Source: Candidatus Hadarchaeales archaeon
GTDB lineage: Archaea > Hadarchaeota > Hadarchaeia > Hadarchaeales > Hadarchaeaceae
Length of the DNA: 25,844 bases
NCBI GenBank assembly: GCA_038851565.1
Contig: JAWCKV010000009.1
Location: forward strand, 1 to 25,844
Reading direction: 5' to 3'
Shown: in pieces, positions 16,814-24,569 of the stretch
How the letters are laid out: every line of letters begins with the position of its first letter
Numbering within the stretch: the stretch's first letter is position 1
Position numbers and translations under genes: made by a program
Notes under the pieces: generated by a model
What the model was told of the DNA's origin: nothing
Databases searched by the model: none
The model's input: only the letters and a program-made list of their open reading frames with translations

Positions 16814-16832
16814 GTTGGATATATTATCCAAC
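16814..16832. promoter_or_regulatory. Perfect 8-3-8 palindrome, candidate repressor operator
   Basis: GTTGGATA-TAT-TATCCAAC, positioned between the TATA box and the start codon. Confidence 0.7.
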
Positions 16833-16834
16833 AA

Positions 16835-16845
16835 CTTATAAATAT
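16835..16845 (-). promoter_or_regulatory. TATA box of the S-component/DUF4430 operon
   Basis: Minus strand ATATTTATAAG, about 25 nt upstream of ATG 16810. Confidence 0.65.
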
Positions 16846-16871
16846 TGTTGGGAGAAAGAGAGCATTCAGCG

Positions 16872-16985
16872 CTATATCTTCCTCTGCTTGATCCTACGCA
16901 TCTTCCTGCGCATTCTCTTCCTTACCCACTTCCAGCGCATCCTTCCCTTCTTCTTCCACTTCCTCGGCCTTTTTCCTATGAGCAT
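16872..16985 (-). CDS. rpl41e: Ribosomal protein eL41 (L41e, also called eS32), long archaeal form; absent from the ORF track
   Basis: Manual translation [41 protein letters not shown] (37 aa) carries the [15 protein letters not shown] signature of Thermococcales-type eL41. Confidence 0.92.
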   Translation of the reverse strand: MLIGKRPRKWKKKGRMRWKWVRKRMRRKMRRIKQRKI

Positions 16986-17026
16986 TCCCCCTTTCTCCAA
17001 CGCCTCAAGAAGATTCTCCTCTCTCC

Positions 17027-17653
17027 TTATAACACATTTGGGCTCTCGCACCGAAACAGCATGAGTTCCTCAAAGGAGAATTTTTTCCTCGATATAACCC
17101 TCCACCTCAACCCGGATTTTTCTATGGCCTCAGCGGTATCGTGTTCCCCGGTGAGGGACGACTGAACGAACAGCGCCCTTCCACCCGGGTTCATGTGATC
17201 CGGGAGCTCCTTCAGAAATCTATCCAAGACGGAGCGTCCGGTTTTTCCTCCGTCCCACGCCAGCTCAAGCAAGTCTCCCGTCCTCTCATCGGGGGAAACT
17301 GGCAGGTACGGCGGGTTAAACAGCACCAGATCGAATCTCTCGTCCCCAACCGGCTCGAAAAGGTCTCCGAGCCTGAGGTCAACGCGATCGAGCACTCCCT
17401 GCGTGCGCGCGTTTTCCCTAGCGCAGGCGATCGCCAGCGGATTGACGTCGGTTGCAACCACCCTCCCGCCCATCCTGGCAGCGAGTATTGCCAAAAGCCC
17501 ACAACCCGTTCCGATGTCCAGAACCACTTCACCCGCGCAAACGCTGATGTTCTCAGCGATCATCAACGAGTCCTCGGCCGGCTCGTATACTCCCGGCCAT
17601 GCCTCCAGCTCAAGATCCCTGAAGTGAAACCTGTCCCCCACGCCCTTACCCAA
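17027..17653 (-). CDS. HemK2/PrmC-family N5-glutamine methyltransferase (release factor methylase)
   Basis: [41 protein letters not shown]; alternative GTG start at 17641. Confidence 0.92.
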   Translation of the reverse strand: MGKGVGDRFHFRDLELEAWPGVYEPAEDSLMIAENISVCAGEVVLDIGTGCGLLAILAARMGGRVVATDVNPLAIACARENARTQGVLDRVDLRLGDLFEPVGDERFDLVLFNPPYLPVSPDERTGDLLELAWDGGKTGRSVLDRFLKELPDHMNPGGRALFVQSSLTGEHDTAEAIEKSGLRWRVISRKKFSFEELMLFRCESPNVL

Positions 17654-17694
17654 TATTTATAGGTTATACGTCGATTTAACCAATGGGATAAAAA

Positions 17695-18045
17695 ATGGCA
17701 GGGGAGAAGCTTTCCCTAATAGGGCCAGCGGCCTTCTACGTGGGACTGATAATAGCAATAGTGACCATCTTCGTTGCTCCGTCCGGCTGGCTGTACCTGG
17801 GACTGGCAGTGCTTGGAGTGATAGTCGGGCTGGCAAACGTAACGGCGAAGGAAAGCGGCGCCTTTCTCCTTGCTACCATAGCATTCGTGGTAACATGCAC
17901 TGGCATGGCGACGCTCATAGCGCTAAACGGAGTGACAATACCGGCCGAACTTTTGAGGCTCGCTGCCAACATCACGGTCCTAGTTGGGGCCGGGGCCGTG
18001 GTTATCGCACTGAAGGCCATCTACGAGATGGCCAAAGAAAAGTAA
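17695..18045 (+). CDS. Hypothetical four-helix membrane protein
   Basis: 116 aa, almost entirely hydrophobic, GVIVGLANVTAKE loop; TTTATA at 17656-17661 upstream. Confidence 0.75.
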   Translation: MAGEKLSLIGPAAFYVGLIIAIVTIFVAPSGWLYLGLAVLGVIVGLANVTAKESGAFLLATIAFVVTCTGMATLIALNGVTIPAELLRLAANITVLVGAGAVVIALKAIYEMAKEK

Positions 18046-18067
18046 AGGGCCCCTTTTCATCTTTTTA
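18044..18067. terminator. Putative terminator between convergent genes
   Basis: AAAGGG-C-CCCTTT inverted repeat followed by T-runs (TTTTCATCTTTTT). Confidence 0.4.
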
Positions 18068-19199
18068 CAGGGCGTCCGCCTCTCATCACTATTCTATCAT
18101 CCACCAGAACTTCTCCGTTCCCCATGTCCTTTATCATGTCGAGGTGGCTTGAGGCCTTGTTTCTGCCGTGGTAGGCGCCCCGGTTGTTCCCTATCGCGAC
18201 GTGCACCGTGCCAAATATCTTCTCATCGATTATTATGCTACCTCCCGTGTACTTTGCTCCTGGATTCGTTCCAATTCCGAACTCCGCAATGCGATCCTTC
18301 TCACCCGTGTTCGCCCTCAAAAAGTTATCGAAGTTCCTTTCCCCGTCTTCAGCGGAGTATCTGCGTATCCTGCCATCCCTGAATGTCAGCTCCAGTCCCC
18401 TCACCTTGCCGAATCCCGGAATGGCTATCTCCTCGAAGGATATTGATCCATCCGCGCTCGTCTCTATTGGAGCCACGAACACCTCCCCTGCAGGAATGTT
18501 CACCCCGACATCCCCGCGTTTTAGGTCCTCATCAGATATCACCCCATCGTCGACAAGTATTGGCCTCCCGGTGATACGGAAGCTGAGGTCCGTGCCATCC
18601 TCGGCCATGATCCTCACAGTTCTCCCTCCCTCGAGCAGCGAGCGGTAAATTCTGCAGAGGCGGGCTACTTCCCCATAAAAGGTCCTCCTTATGCTGTCGA
18701 AAAATATGTCCCGAAACCTTCTGGTCCCACATCCGTAGGTCCTTGCTGCCCCCGGAACTGGCCACCCGAAATATGCCCACCTAACCTTTCTCCGGTCCAG
18801 TATGTCGTGCAGTTTTTCCCTTATCGGAGCCGTGAGCCTTATCCTTCCCTCAACGCCCTTCGCCCAGTTTGGATCGTCATCCTCGCCGATGAATATGCTC
18901 ACATCCGCCCGTTTTGCTATCGCTTCAGCAAAGGGGCTCATCTTTCTGAGAGAGCTCTCTGGCTTCAGAAGGTACCTCAGCCTTTCCCTTCCAGACGCAA
19001 AGCTGAGCAGGAGGGTGTGGGCTCCGGTCCTCCAGCACTCCTCCTCAACTGTAAACGCAAATCTCTCGCACGTGGGATCGGTACGGTTGTAGAGCATCCT
19101 CACAGCGTCGAAAGCCCCGCGCCTCAGCCCTATCCGCATGGACCTTCTCACGAAAGCCCTGGCGATCCTCCGCATCTCTCCCCGAGAGAGCTCCGCCAA
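18057..19199 (-). CDS. M29-family aminopeptidase (aminopeptidase T-like)
   Basis: NIPAGEVF, IAEFGIGTN, DEKIFGTVHVAIG, HLDMI metal-ligand motifs. Confidence 0.9.
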   Translation of the reverse strand: MAELSRGEMRRIARAFVRRSMRIGLRRGAFDAVRMLYNRTDPTCERFAFTVEEECWRTGAHTLLLSFASGRERLRYLLKPESSLRKMSPFAEAIAKRADVSIFIGEDDDPNWAKGVEGRIRLTAPIREKLHDILDRRKVRWAYFGWPVPGAARTYGCGTRRFRDIFFDSIRRTFYGEVARLCRIYRSLLEGGRTVRIMAEDGTDLSFRITGRPILVDDGVISDEDLKRGDVGVNIPAGEVFVAPIETSADGSISFEEIAIPGFGKVRGLELTFRDGRIRRYSAEDGERNFDNFLRANTGEKDRIAEFGIGTNPGAKYTGGSIIIDEKIFGTVHVAIGNNRGAYHGRNKASSHLDMIKDMGNGEVLVDDRIVMRGGRPVKR

Positions 19200-19209
19200 G
19201 GGACCACCG

Positions 19210-19938
19210 CTACCTTATGTACCCCGGTTCTTCCTCCGGCCCCGCACCAGGCGGAGGTATCAGCGCGCGGAGCCTGCCGACGTCAGAGTACTGGGTGAGC
19301 TCCTCCATGTCGAGCTCGAACCCAAGCATCTCACAGAGGGAGGTAAGCACTGCCCTTGAGGCCCTGATGTCCACTATTTCTCCCCTTGTGGCGCCAAGGA
19401 GACAGAACCCTCCCATCCCGTAAAGGGGAGCCATGGCCGGAAGAAGGCCATTCATTCCCACTATGGTTCCCCCATCGAGGAGCCTTATCCCGTGCGTCTC
19501 AAGCGTTTTTCTCCACTTGGAATCCGATGCCGCTCCCACGACGCCCGACCACCTCTCCCTCGGAGGCACCACATACGCCGCCATTGCACCTACGGTTTCT
19601 ATGCCAAACTTCCTCGCCATCTCAAGGATCTCCCCAGTCAGAACGTACTGTCCGACAGGGGCGCTCGCCTGAGCATCTGCAGTGAGCATCACCATGTCCA
19701 TGTCTGCGCCCGGAGGCCTTGCATGATAGAAGTTTATCTTCAGGCTCTTCAATCTCCCGTCCTCAAGAACAGTCCACTCCGGAAGATGCTCGGAGTACAT
19801 CTCTGCGAACAACTTTCCCTTCAGCTTGTAGATCAGATACTCCACCGAGACCTTTCCAATGTTCCCTATTCCCGGCAGGCCAACTACCATCAGGGAGTTC
19901 TTCAGCCTTGGCGTGGAAACTAGGTTTATTCTGGTCAT
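19210..19938 (-). CDS. PAC2-family proteasome assembly chaperone-like protein
   Basis: VVGLPGIGNIGK, ADAQ, GTIVGMNGLL, GFCLLGATRG..VD.RAS, C-terminal GYIR. Confidence 0.9.
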   Translation of the reverse strand: MTRINLVSTPRLKNSLMVVGLPGIGNIGKVSVEYLIYKLKGKLFAEMYSEHLPEWTVLEDGRLKSLKINFYHARPPGADMDMVMLTADAQASAPVGQYVLTGEILEMARKFGIETVGAMAAYVVPPRERWSGVVGAASDSKWRKTLETHGIRLLDGGTIVGMNGLLPAMAPLYGMGGFCLLGATRGEIVDIRASRAVLTSLCEMLGFELDMEELTQYSDVGRLRALIPPPGAGPEEEPGYIR

Positions 19939-20027
19939 CCTATATGAATTGGATGTCCGCCTTAAAAGCTATCTGAGGGCGCCTTCCTCTCCGATTTAAG
20001 CTCAGCGGGAGAATAAGTCTGGGGAGA

Positions 20028-21044
20028 ATGAAAAAGATCGCTGTGGGGGGCGGGGAGATCTCAGTAAGCCCCCTTGCCTTCGAAAGCCTTGGAGTCAGGG
20101 GGATGTCCACCCTCGTGGAAACGCGAGACATCAGCGTTCTGATAGATCCGGGCTCTGCGCTTGGCCCCAGGTTCAACCTCATGCCCCATGAAAGGGAATA
20201 TGCCGCGCTGTCAGAGTCCAGGGAGAGAATGCTCGAGGCGGCGGGGAGCGCTGACCTGATCACCGTGAGCCACTATCATTTTGACCACTATGTGCCAGGA
20301 TTTGAGGAGTGGACCTGGATATGGAGCTCCCCGGAAATCGCGGAGCGGATCTACCGCGGGAAGAGGATGCTCGTCAAGGACATACGCTCCGAGATAAACA
20401 TCAGCCAGAGAAAGAGGGGGTTCATGTTCCAAAAGTTCGTCACCAGTTTGGCGCAGGACATCGAGCCGGCCGACGGAAGGGAGTTCAGGTTCGGAGGCAC
20501 TCTCCTGCGTTTTTCGCCTCCAGCCTCCCACGGCCCGCCGGGAACCCAGCTGGGCCGGGTCCTCATGGTGAGCATAAGGTGTGGCGAAACGACCTTCCTG
20601 CACGCCTCGGACGTTCAGGGGCCCATTGACAGGGCGGCGCTTGACTTCATCCTGAGGGAAAAGCCAGACATGGCAGTAATAGGAGGACCCCCGCTATACC
20701 TCAGGGGATTCAGGGTGGGAGAGGAGGAGCTGGGATCCGCAATTGAGAACATGAAGGTCCTGGCCAGAACCATTCCGCTCATTGTTATAGACCACCACCT
20801 TCTCAGGACCGAAGAGTACGTTGACTACATGGGACCTGTGGTCAAAGAGGCCAGATCTCACGACCACACGATCACCACGGCCTCAGAGATGGTGGGAAAA
20901 AGGCCAGCGCTCCTTGAGGCGAACAGAAAGCAGCTTTACGCCAGGGAGCCGATGGAAAGCGGGAGCATGAAGCACATCAGGGAACTCATGATAAGGCTTG
21001 GCGCTACATCCTCTCAGGAGCGGGTATCCCCAGAAGGTCCATGA
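20028..21044 (+). CDS. UPF0282-family metallo-beta-lactamase fold hydrolase
   Basis: PLAFESLGVRGM, IDPGSALGPRF, SHYHFDH, HASDVQGP, GGPPLYL, IDHHLLR. Confidence 0.88.
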   Translation: MKKIAVGGGEISVSPLAFESLGVRGMSTLVETRDISVLIDPGSALGPRFNLMPHEREYAALSESRERMLEAAGSADLITVSHYHFDHYVPGFEEWTWIWSSPEIAERIYRGKRMLVKDIRSEINISQRKRGFMFQKFVTSLAQDIEPADGREFRFGGTLLRFSPPASHGPPGTQLGRVLMVSIRCGETTFLHASDVQGPIDRAALDFILREKPDMAVIGGPPLYLRGFRVGEEELGSAIENMKVLARTIPLIVIDHHLLRTEEYVDYMGPVVKEARSHDHTITTASEMVGKRPALLEANRKQLYAREPMESGSMKHIRELMIRLGATSSQERVSPEGP

Positions 21045-22863
21045 CGTTCCTCAACACCATCCTGGTGCAGCTGACCAGCCTGAGCCTGGTCTCCCTGAGC
21101 TCCCTGGTTTCGGCCGTAAGCACCGGCGCGGCCTCATAGAACCTGTTAAACGCAAATGCCAGGTCGGAGGCATATATCGCCAGAAGATGCGGTCCGAGCG
21201 TCCTTCCGGCCTCATCGATCACCTGGGGAAACCTCGCGAGGAGCTTTATGAGGGTCCTCTCCTCGGGCAGGTCGAGTTTCACCATTTTTGACATCCCGCT
21301 CCTCCCGGCCTTCCTGATTATGCTGCAAGCCCTGGCATATGAGTACTGGATTGCAGGGCCGCTGTTCCTCTCAAAGTTCAGGGCCTCCTCCCACCTGAAG
21401 GTTATCCTCTTCTCGGGTGAGGTGCTGAGGAGGGAGTACCTGACAGCCCCAACCCCTACCAGCTCGGCTATTTTCCGCTTGAAGCCCTCCGGGGCCTCGG
21501 GGCTGTGCTCCTCAACCGCAGCCCTTGCTCTCGCCACGGCCTCCTCGAGCGCATCGTCCACAGAGAACCCAACCCATGTACCCTTCCGGCCGGAGAACTT
21601 CCCGCTTGGAAGCCACACGTGCTCATATGCAAGGTGAAGGGAATTCCTCGATTCCTCCTCATATCCCAGAATTCTGAGGGCGGCGGAAACGACCTGCTGT
21701 GGAAAGCGCTGCTCGGCCCCAACCACATTTATCACCATCTTTGCTCCTCCGAACCTTTCTGAGGCCTTTCCGCGCGGGGAGGTGGTGAATGTCCTTCTGC
21801 CATCACCTCTGACCGAGTGGATCCTCATCCTGGGCGATGCCCTGGTTTTTCCGAACTTCCACATCTGGTAGGCGATGTCCCGCGCGGTGTAAACAGTGGT
21901 TCCGTCGGACCTGACCAGCACCTTGTCCTCCAGCCCAACGTCACCAAGCCTGAGGACCAGCGCGCCTGAGTTCTCCCCAGTTCCCTCAACCAGCCTCCCA
22001 GATCTCCTCAGCGATTCGATGACCTCCTCCACCGCTCCCGATCTCACCAGATCGCTTTCCCACACGAGGAGGTCGTAGACGACGCCCAGCCTCTCTGCGG
22101 TCTCCAGGTTCGCCCTCACGCATTTTTCCGCTATCCTCCTTGCCTCAATGCACCACCTCCCAATCCCGCTCTCCAGCCCCCTGAGTATCCCATCCACCTC
22201 CCCCTCCAGCTTGGGATCGCTGCCGAGCATCTGGTGCATCTGGGAGTAGAGCAGGCCGAGAACGTGATCGAACTTGGCTCTCGGTTTCCTCTTTATGCGC
22301 CTGAAGGCGAGCACTGTCTCGGCCATCTGCCTCCCCATGTCATCTATGTAGTTGTGAACCTCCACCGTGTGGCCGAGCGCCTTCATTATCCTCGCAACCG
22401 TGTCGCCTATCACCGCATTTCTTCCGTGCCCTATGTGAAGCGGCTTGGTGGGATTGACGCTCGTGTGCTCTATTATGACCTTGCCCTTTTTCTCCGTCCT
22501 TGCCCTCCCATAGGCCTCCCTCATCTTCTCCACGGCCGTCAGGGTTATCTCGCCAAGCGCGTGGAGATCCAAGAAAAAGTTCAGATAGCCGTTCACCGGC
22601 TCAACGCGCAATATGAGGCCGCCAGTGGCTATCCTCTCCGCCAACCTCTTCGCAATCTCTGCCGGAGGCATTTTCAGGTCCTTGGCCATCTCAAAGCAGA
22701 CTGTTGACGCGATGTCCCCGAGCCCCGGATCCGGCGGATCCTCAAGGGTTTCGATGACATCCCTGGGGGAACTCCACCCGATGCCCCGCAGCGCATCTGC
22801 AATGGCATCTGAAACTGCGCTCTTGACAGACCCCCAGGGATCTGGATCCACTTTCATCCTCAC
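21004..22863 (-). CDS. argS: Arginine--tRNA ligase
   Basis: EHTSVNPTKPLHIGHGRN (HIGH), RSDGTTVYTARDIAY, KFSGRKG, GPAIQYSYAR, C-terminal APERM; GTG start with GGTGA SD. Confidence 0.96.
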   Translation of the reverse strand: MRMKVDPDPWGSVKSAVSDAIADALRGIGWSSPRDVIETLEDPPDPGLGDIASTVCFEMAKDLKMPPAEIAKRLAERIATGGLILRVEPVNGYLNFFLDLHALGEITLTAVEKMREAYGRARTEKKGKVIIEHTSVNPTKPLHIGHGRNAVIGDTVARIMKALGHTVEVHNYIDDMGRQMAETVLAFRRIKRKPRAKFDHVLGLLYSQMHQMLGSDPKLEGEVDGILRGLESGIGRWCIEARRIAEKCVRANLETAERLGVVYDLLVWESDLVRSGAVEEVIESLRRSGRLVEGTGENSGALVLRLGDVGLEDKVLVRSDGTTVYTARDIAYQMWKFGKTRASPRMRIHSVRGDGRRTFTTSPRGKASERFGGAKMVINVVGAEQRFPQQVVSAALRILGYEEESRNSLHLAYEHVWLPSGKFSGRKGTWVGFSVDDALEEAVARARAAVEEHSPEAPEGFKRKIAELVGVGAVRYSLLSTSPEKRITFRWEEALNFERNSGPAIQYSYARACSIIRKAGRSGMSKMVKLDLPEERTLIKLLARFPQVIDEAGRTLGPHLLAIYASDLAFAFNRFYEAAPVLTAETRELRETRLRLVSCTRMVLRNVMDLLGIPAPERM

Positions 22864-22993
22864 GCAATCACCAGACTGACATCACGGAAGATTTTTCTCT
22901 CTTCCATTAAGTTGTTTTCGGAGACAATTTTCAACTCGTTGTCTGTAAAATCCAGATACTTTTGCAGATGCGCTCGTGATCACTTGGCTCAGG

Positions 22994-23008
22994 CGATAAA
23001 GTTATATA
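22994..23008 (+). promoter_or_regulatory. BRE-TATA promoter of the histone gene
   Basis: CGATAAAG-TTATATA in an AT-rich spacer (second TTTTATAA at 23014-23021); GGAGG SD at 23056-23060. Confidence 0.6.
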
Positions 23009-23069
23009 CACGTTTTTATAAGAAAAATTAGTTAAAAAAATTCCTTAAAGAGGAAGGAGGGTAATATAA

Positions 23070-23276
23070 ATGGTGGAATTGCCGGTGGCAGCAATCGAGC
23101 GCATAATAAAAAAAGGTGGGGCCAAAAGAGTCGGTGAAAGCGCGGCCATAGCGCTTGCGGAGGTCCTTGAGGAGAAAGGAATAGAGATAGCCGCCGAGGC
23201 AGCAAAGCTGGCCGAGCATGCCGGGCGAAGGACGGTCAGGGACGTGGACATAAGGCTCGCTGCAAAGCGCGTATGA
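23070..23276 (+). CDS. Archaeal histone (HMf/HPh family)
   Basis: ELPVAAIERIIKKGGAKRV...LAEHAGRRTVRDVDIRLA, 68 aa. Confidence 0.96.
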   Translation: MVELPVAAIERIIKKGGAKRVGESAAIALAEVLEEKGIEIAAEAAKLAEHAGRRTVRDVDIRLAAKRV

Positions 23277-23312
23277 TTTTAAACTGGTCAGCTAATTCTG
23301 TTTGGTGACATT

Positions 23313-23624
23313 TTGGAGGAGGAGCCCTCAATCAGCGAGATGCCCAGGCTCTACGATGTGTTCGAGCAGGTGAAGGTGAAGTCCGTCCGTGCAGTGACGA
23401 AGATCAGGGTGCCGGTTGACCTCAAGGCGGTGGCCGACAGGCTGCCGAAGGTCAGGAGGATCAGGACATCGAACAAAAGCGTGATGAAGTTTCAGCTCAG
23501 GCGCGGGTGCTATCTGCTCCTTTTTCCAACCGGATATGTTGAAGTCCACGCGCCGGACGAGGGAAGCGTCAGGGAGGTGCTGATCGCCTTCAGGGACGAG
23601 ATGTACAAGGGCGGGCTCCTATGA
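23313..23624 (+). CDS. Hypothetical protein resembling a single TBP (TATA-binding protein) repeat
   Basis: TTG start with GGTGA SD (23304-23308); VKVKSVRAVTKIRVPVDLKAVADRL and LLLFPTGYVEV parallel the TBP repeat pattern; ATGA overlap with the next gene. Confidence 0.65.
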   Translation: MEEEPSISEMPRLYDVFEQVKVKSVRAVTKIRVPVDLKAVADRLPKVRRIRTSNKSVMKFQLRRGCYLLLFPTGYVEVHAPDEGSVREVLIAFRDEMYKGGLL

Positions 23625-24565
23625 ACGACCTCATGCCCACAGCGAGAAAAATTGTCAGAGAATGCATGGGGACGAGGAGGGGCGAGAGAGTCCTGGTCGT
23701 CACAGATCCTCCCCGGATGGAAATTGGAAGGGCGATTCAGAGGGCGGCGACGGAAATCCGGGCGAAGTGCACTCTTGTCTGCATGCCTGTGACGAGAAGG
23801 CATGGCGACGAGCCTCCGACCTTCGTCGCATATGCCATGAAGAAGTCCGATGTCGTGATAGCCCCGACCACATTTTCCATAACTCACACCAGGGCCAGAA
23901 GGGAGGCCACAAGGGCCGGGGCGAGGATCGCCACAATGCCATCAGTAACCAGGGAGATGATGGTGAGGGGAGCAATGCTCGCGGATTACACAGAGGTGAG
24001 CAGGATAACCAAAAGGCTCGCCAAAAAGATAGGGGGAAAGAAAACGGTCGAGGTGAAAACAAGAGCCGGGACCGATTTGACTTTCAGCATCGAGGGGCGC
24101 AGGGCATATCTTGACACGGGGATATACAGGAAGCCCGGAGATTTCGGCAACCTTCCTGCCGGAGAGGTGGCATTTGCTCCGCTTGAGGGGACTGGGGAGG
24201 GTCGGGCGGTAATAGACGGACCTATGGGCGATGGAAAATGGAGTGGAGTGGAGATAGAAATAGAGGGAGGCCTGGCGCGCGCCATCTCTGGGGACGCCGC
24301 CGAGAGGGTTATTAGCGCTCTGAAGGGTGCGGGGCCCAACTCAAGGAACCTGGCGGAGTTCGGCATGGGGACCAACCCAAAGGCCCGCCTGATCGGGAAC
24401 GTCCTGGAGGACGAAAAGGTGCTTGGCACATGTCATGTCGCCCTCGGTGACAACTCATCGTTCGGGGGCAGGGTAAGGGCGGGAATTCACATAGACGGGA
24501 TAATCAGGTCCCCGACTGTAAAAGTTGACGGAAAAACCGTGATAAGGGAAGGACGCATCCTCTGA
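23621..24565 (+). CDS. M29-family leucyl aminopeptidase (short form)
   Basis: ERVLVVTD, HGDEPP, SITHT, GNLPAGEV, LAEFGMGTNP, EDEKVLGTCHVALG, HIDGI. Confidence 0.88.
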   Translation: MNDLMPTARKIVRECMGTRRGERVLVVTDPPRMEIGRAIQRAATEIRAKCTLVCMPVTRRHGDEPPTFVAYAMKKSDVVIAPTTFSITHTRARREATRAGARIATMPSVTREMMVRGAMLADYTEVSRITKRLAKKIGGKKTVEVKTRAGTDLTFSIEGRRAYLDTGIYRKPGDFGNLPAGEVAFAPLEGTGEGRAVIDGPMGDGKWSGVEIEIEGGLARAISGDAAERVISALKGAGPNSRNLAEFGMGTNPKARLIGNVLEDEKVLGTCHVALGDNSSFGGRVRAGIHIDGIIRSPTVKVDGKTVIREGRIL

Positions 24566-24569
24566 GATC

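Noticed and set aside
16845..17165. 106-aa plus-strand Leu/Pro/His-rich ORF with pyrimidine-rich repeats (CTTC, CCACTTCC)
   Set aside because: It is the antisense of Lys/Arg/Trp codons of rpl41e and of the HemK2 3' end, not a gene or repeat array
19210..19938. PAC2 and peptidases as part of a SAMP-proteasome system with the SAMP/E1 genes
   Set aside because: About 16 kb apart, no proteasome subunit or JAMM gene in the window, and the E1 lacks the thioester Cys
21004..21044. 41-nt convergent overlap of the UPF0282 gene and argS (also 14 nt for argF/argH)
   Set aside because: Short tail-to-tail overlaps are common in compact archaeal genomes; no evidence for antisense regulation
22864..22990. 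Short hairpins in the argS-histone spacer (GGAAGA-N8-TCTTCC; GACAA-N11-TTGTC) as a possible tRNA or ncRNA
   Set aside because: No cloverleaf, T-loop or C/D box pair; stems are short and AT-rich and overlap the expected argS promoter
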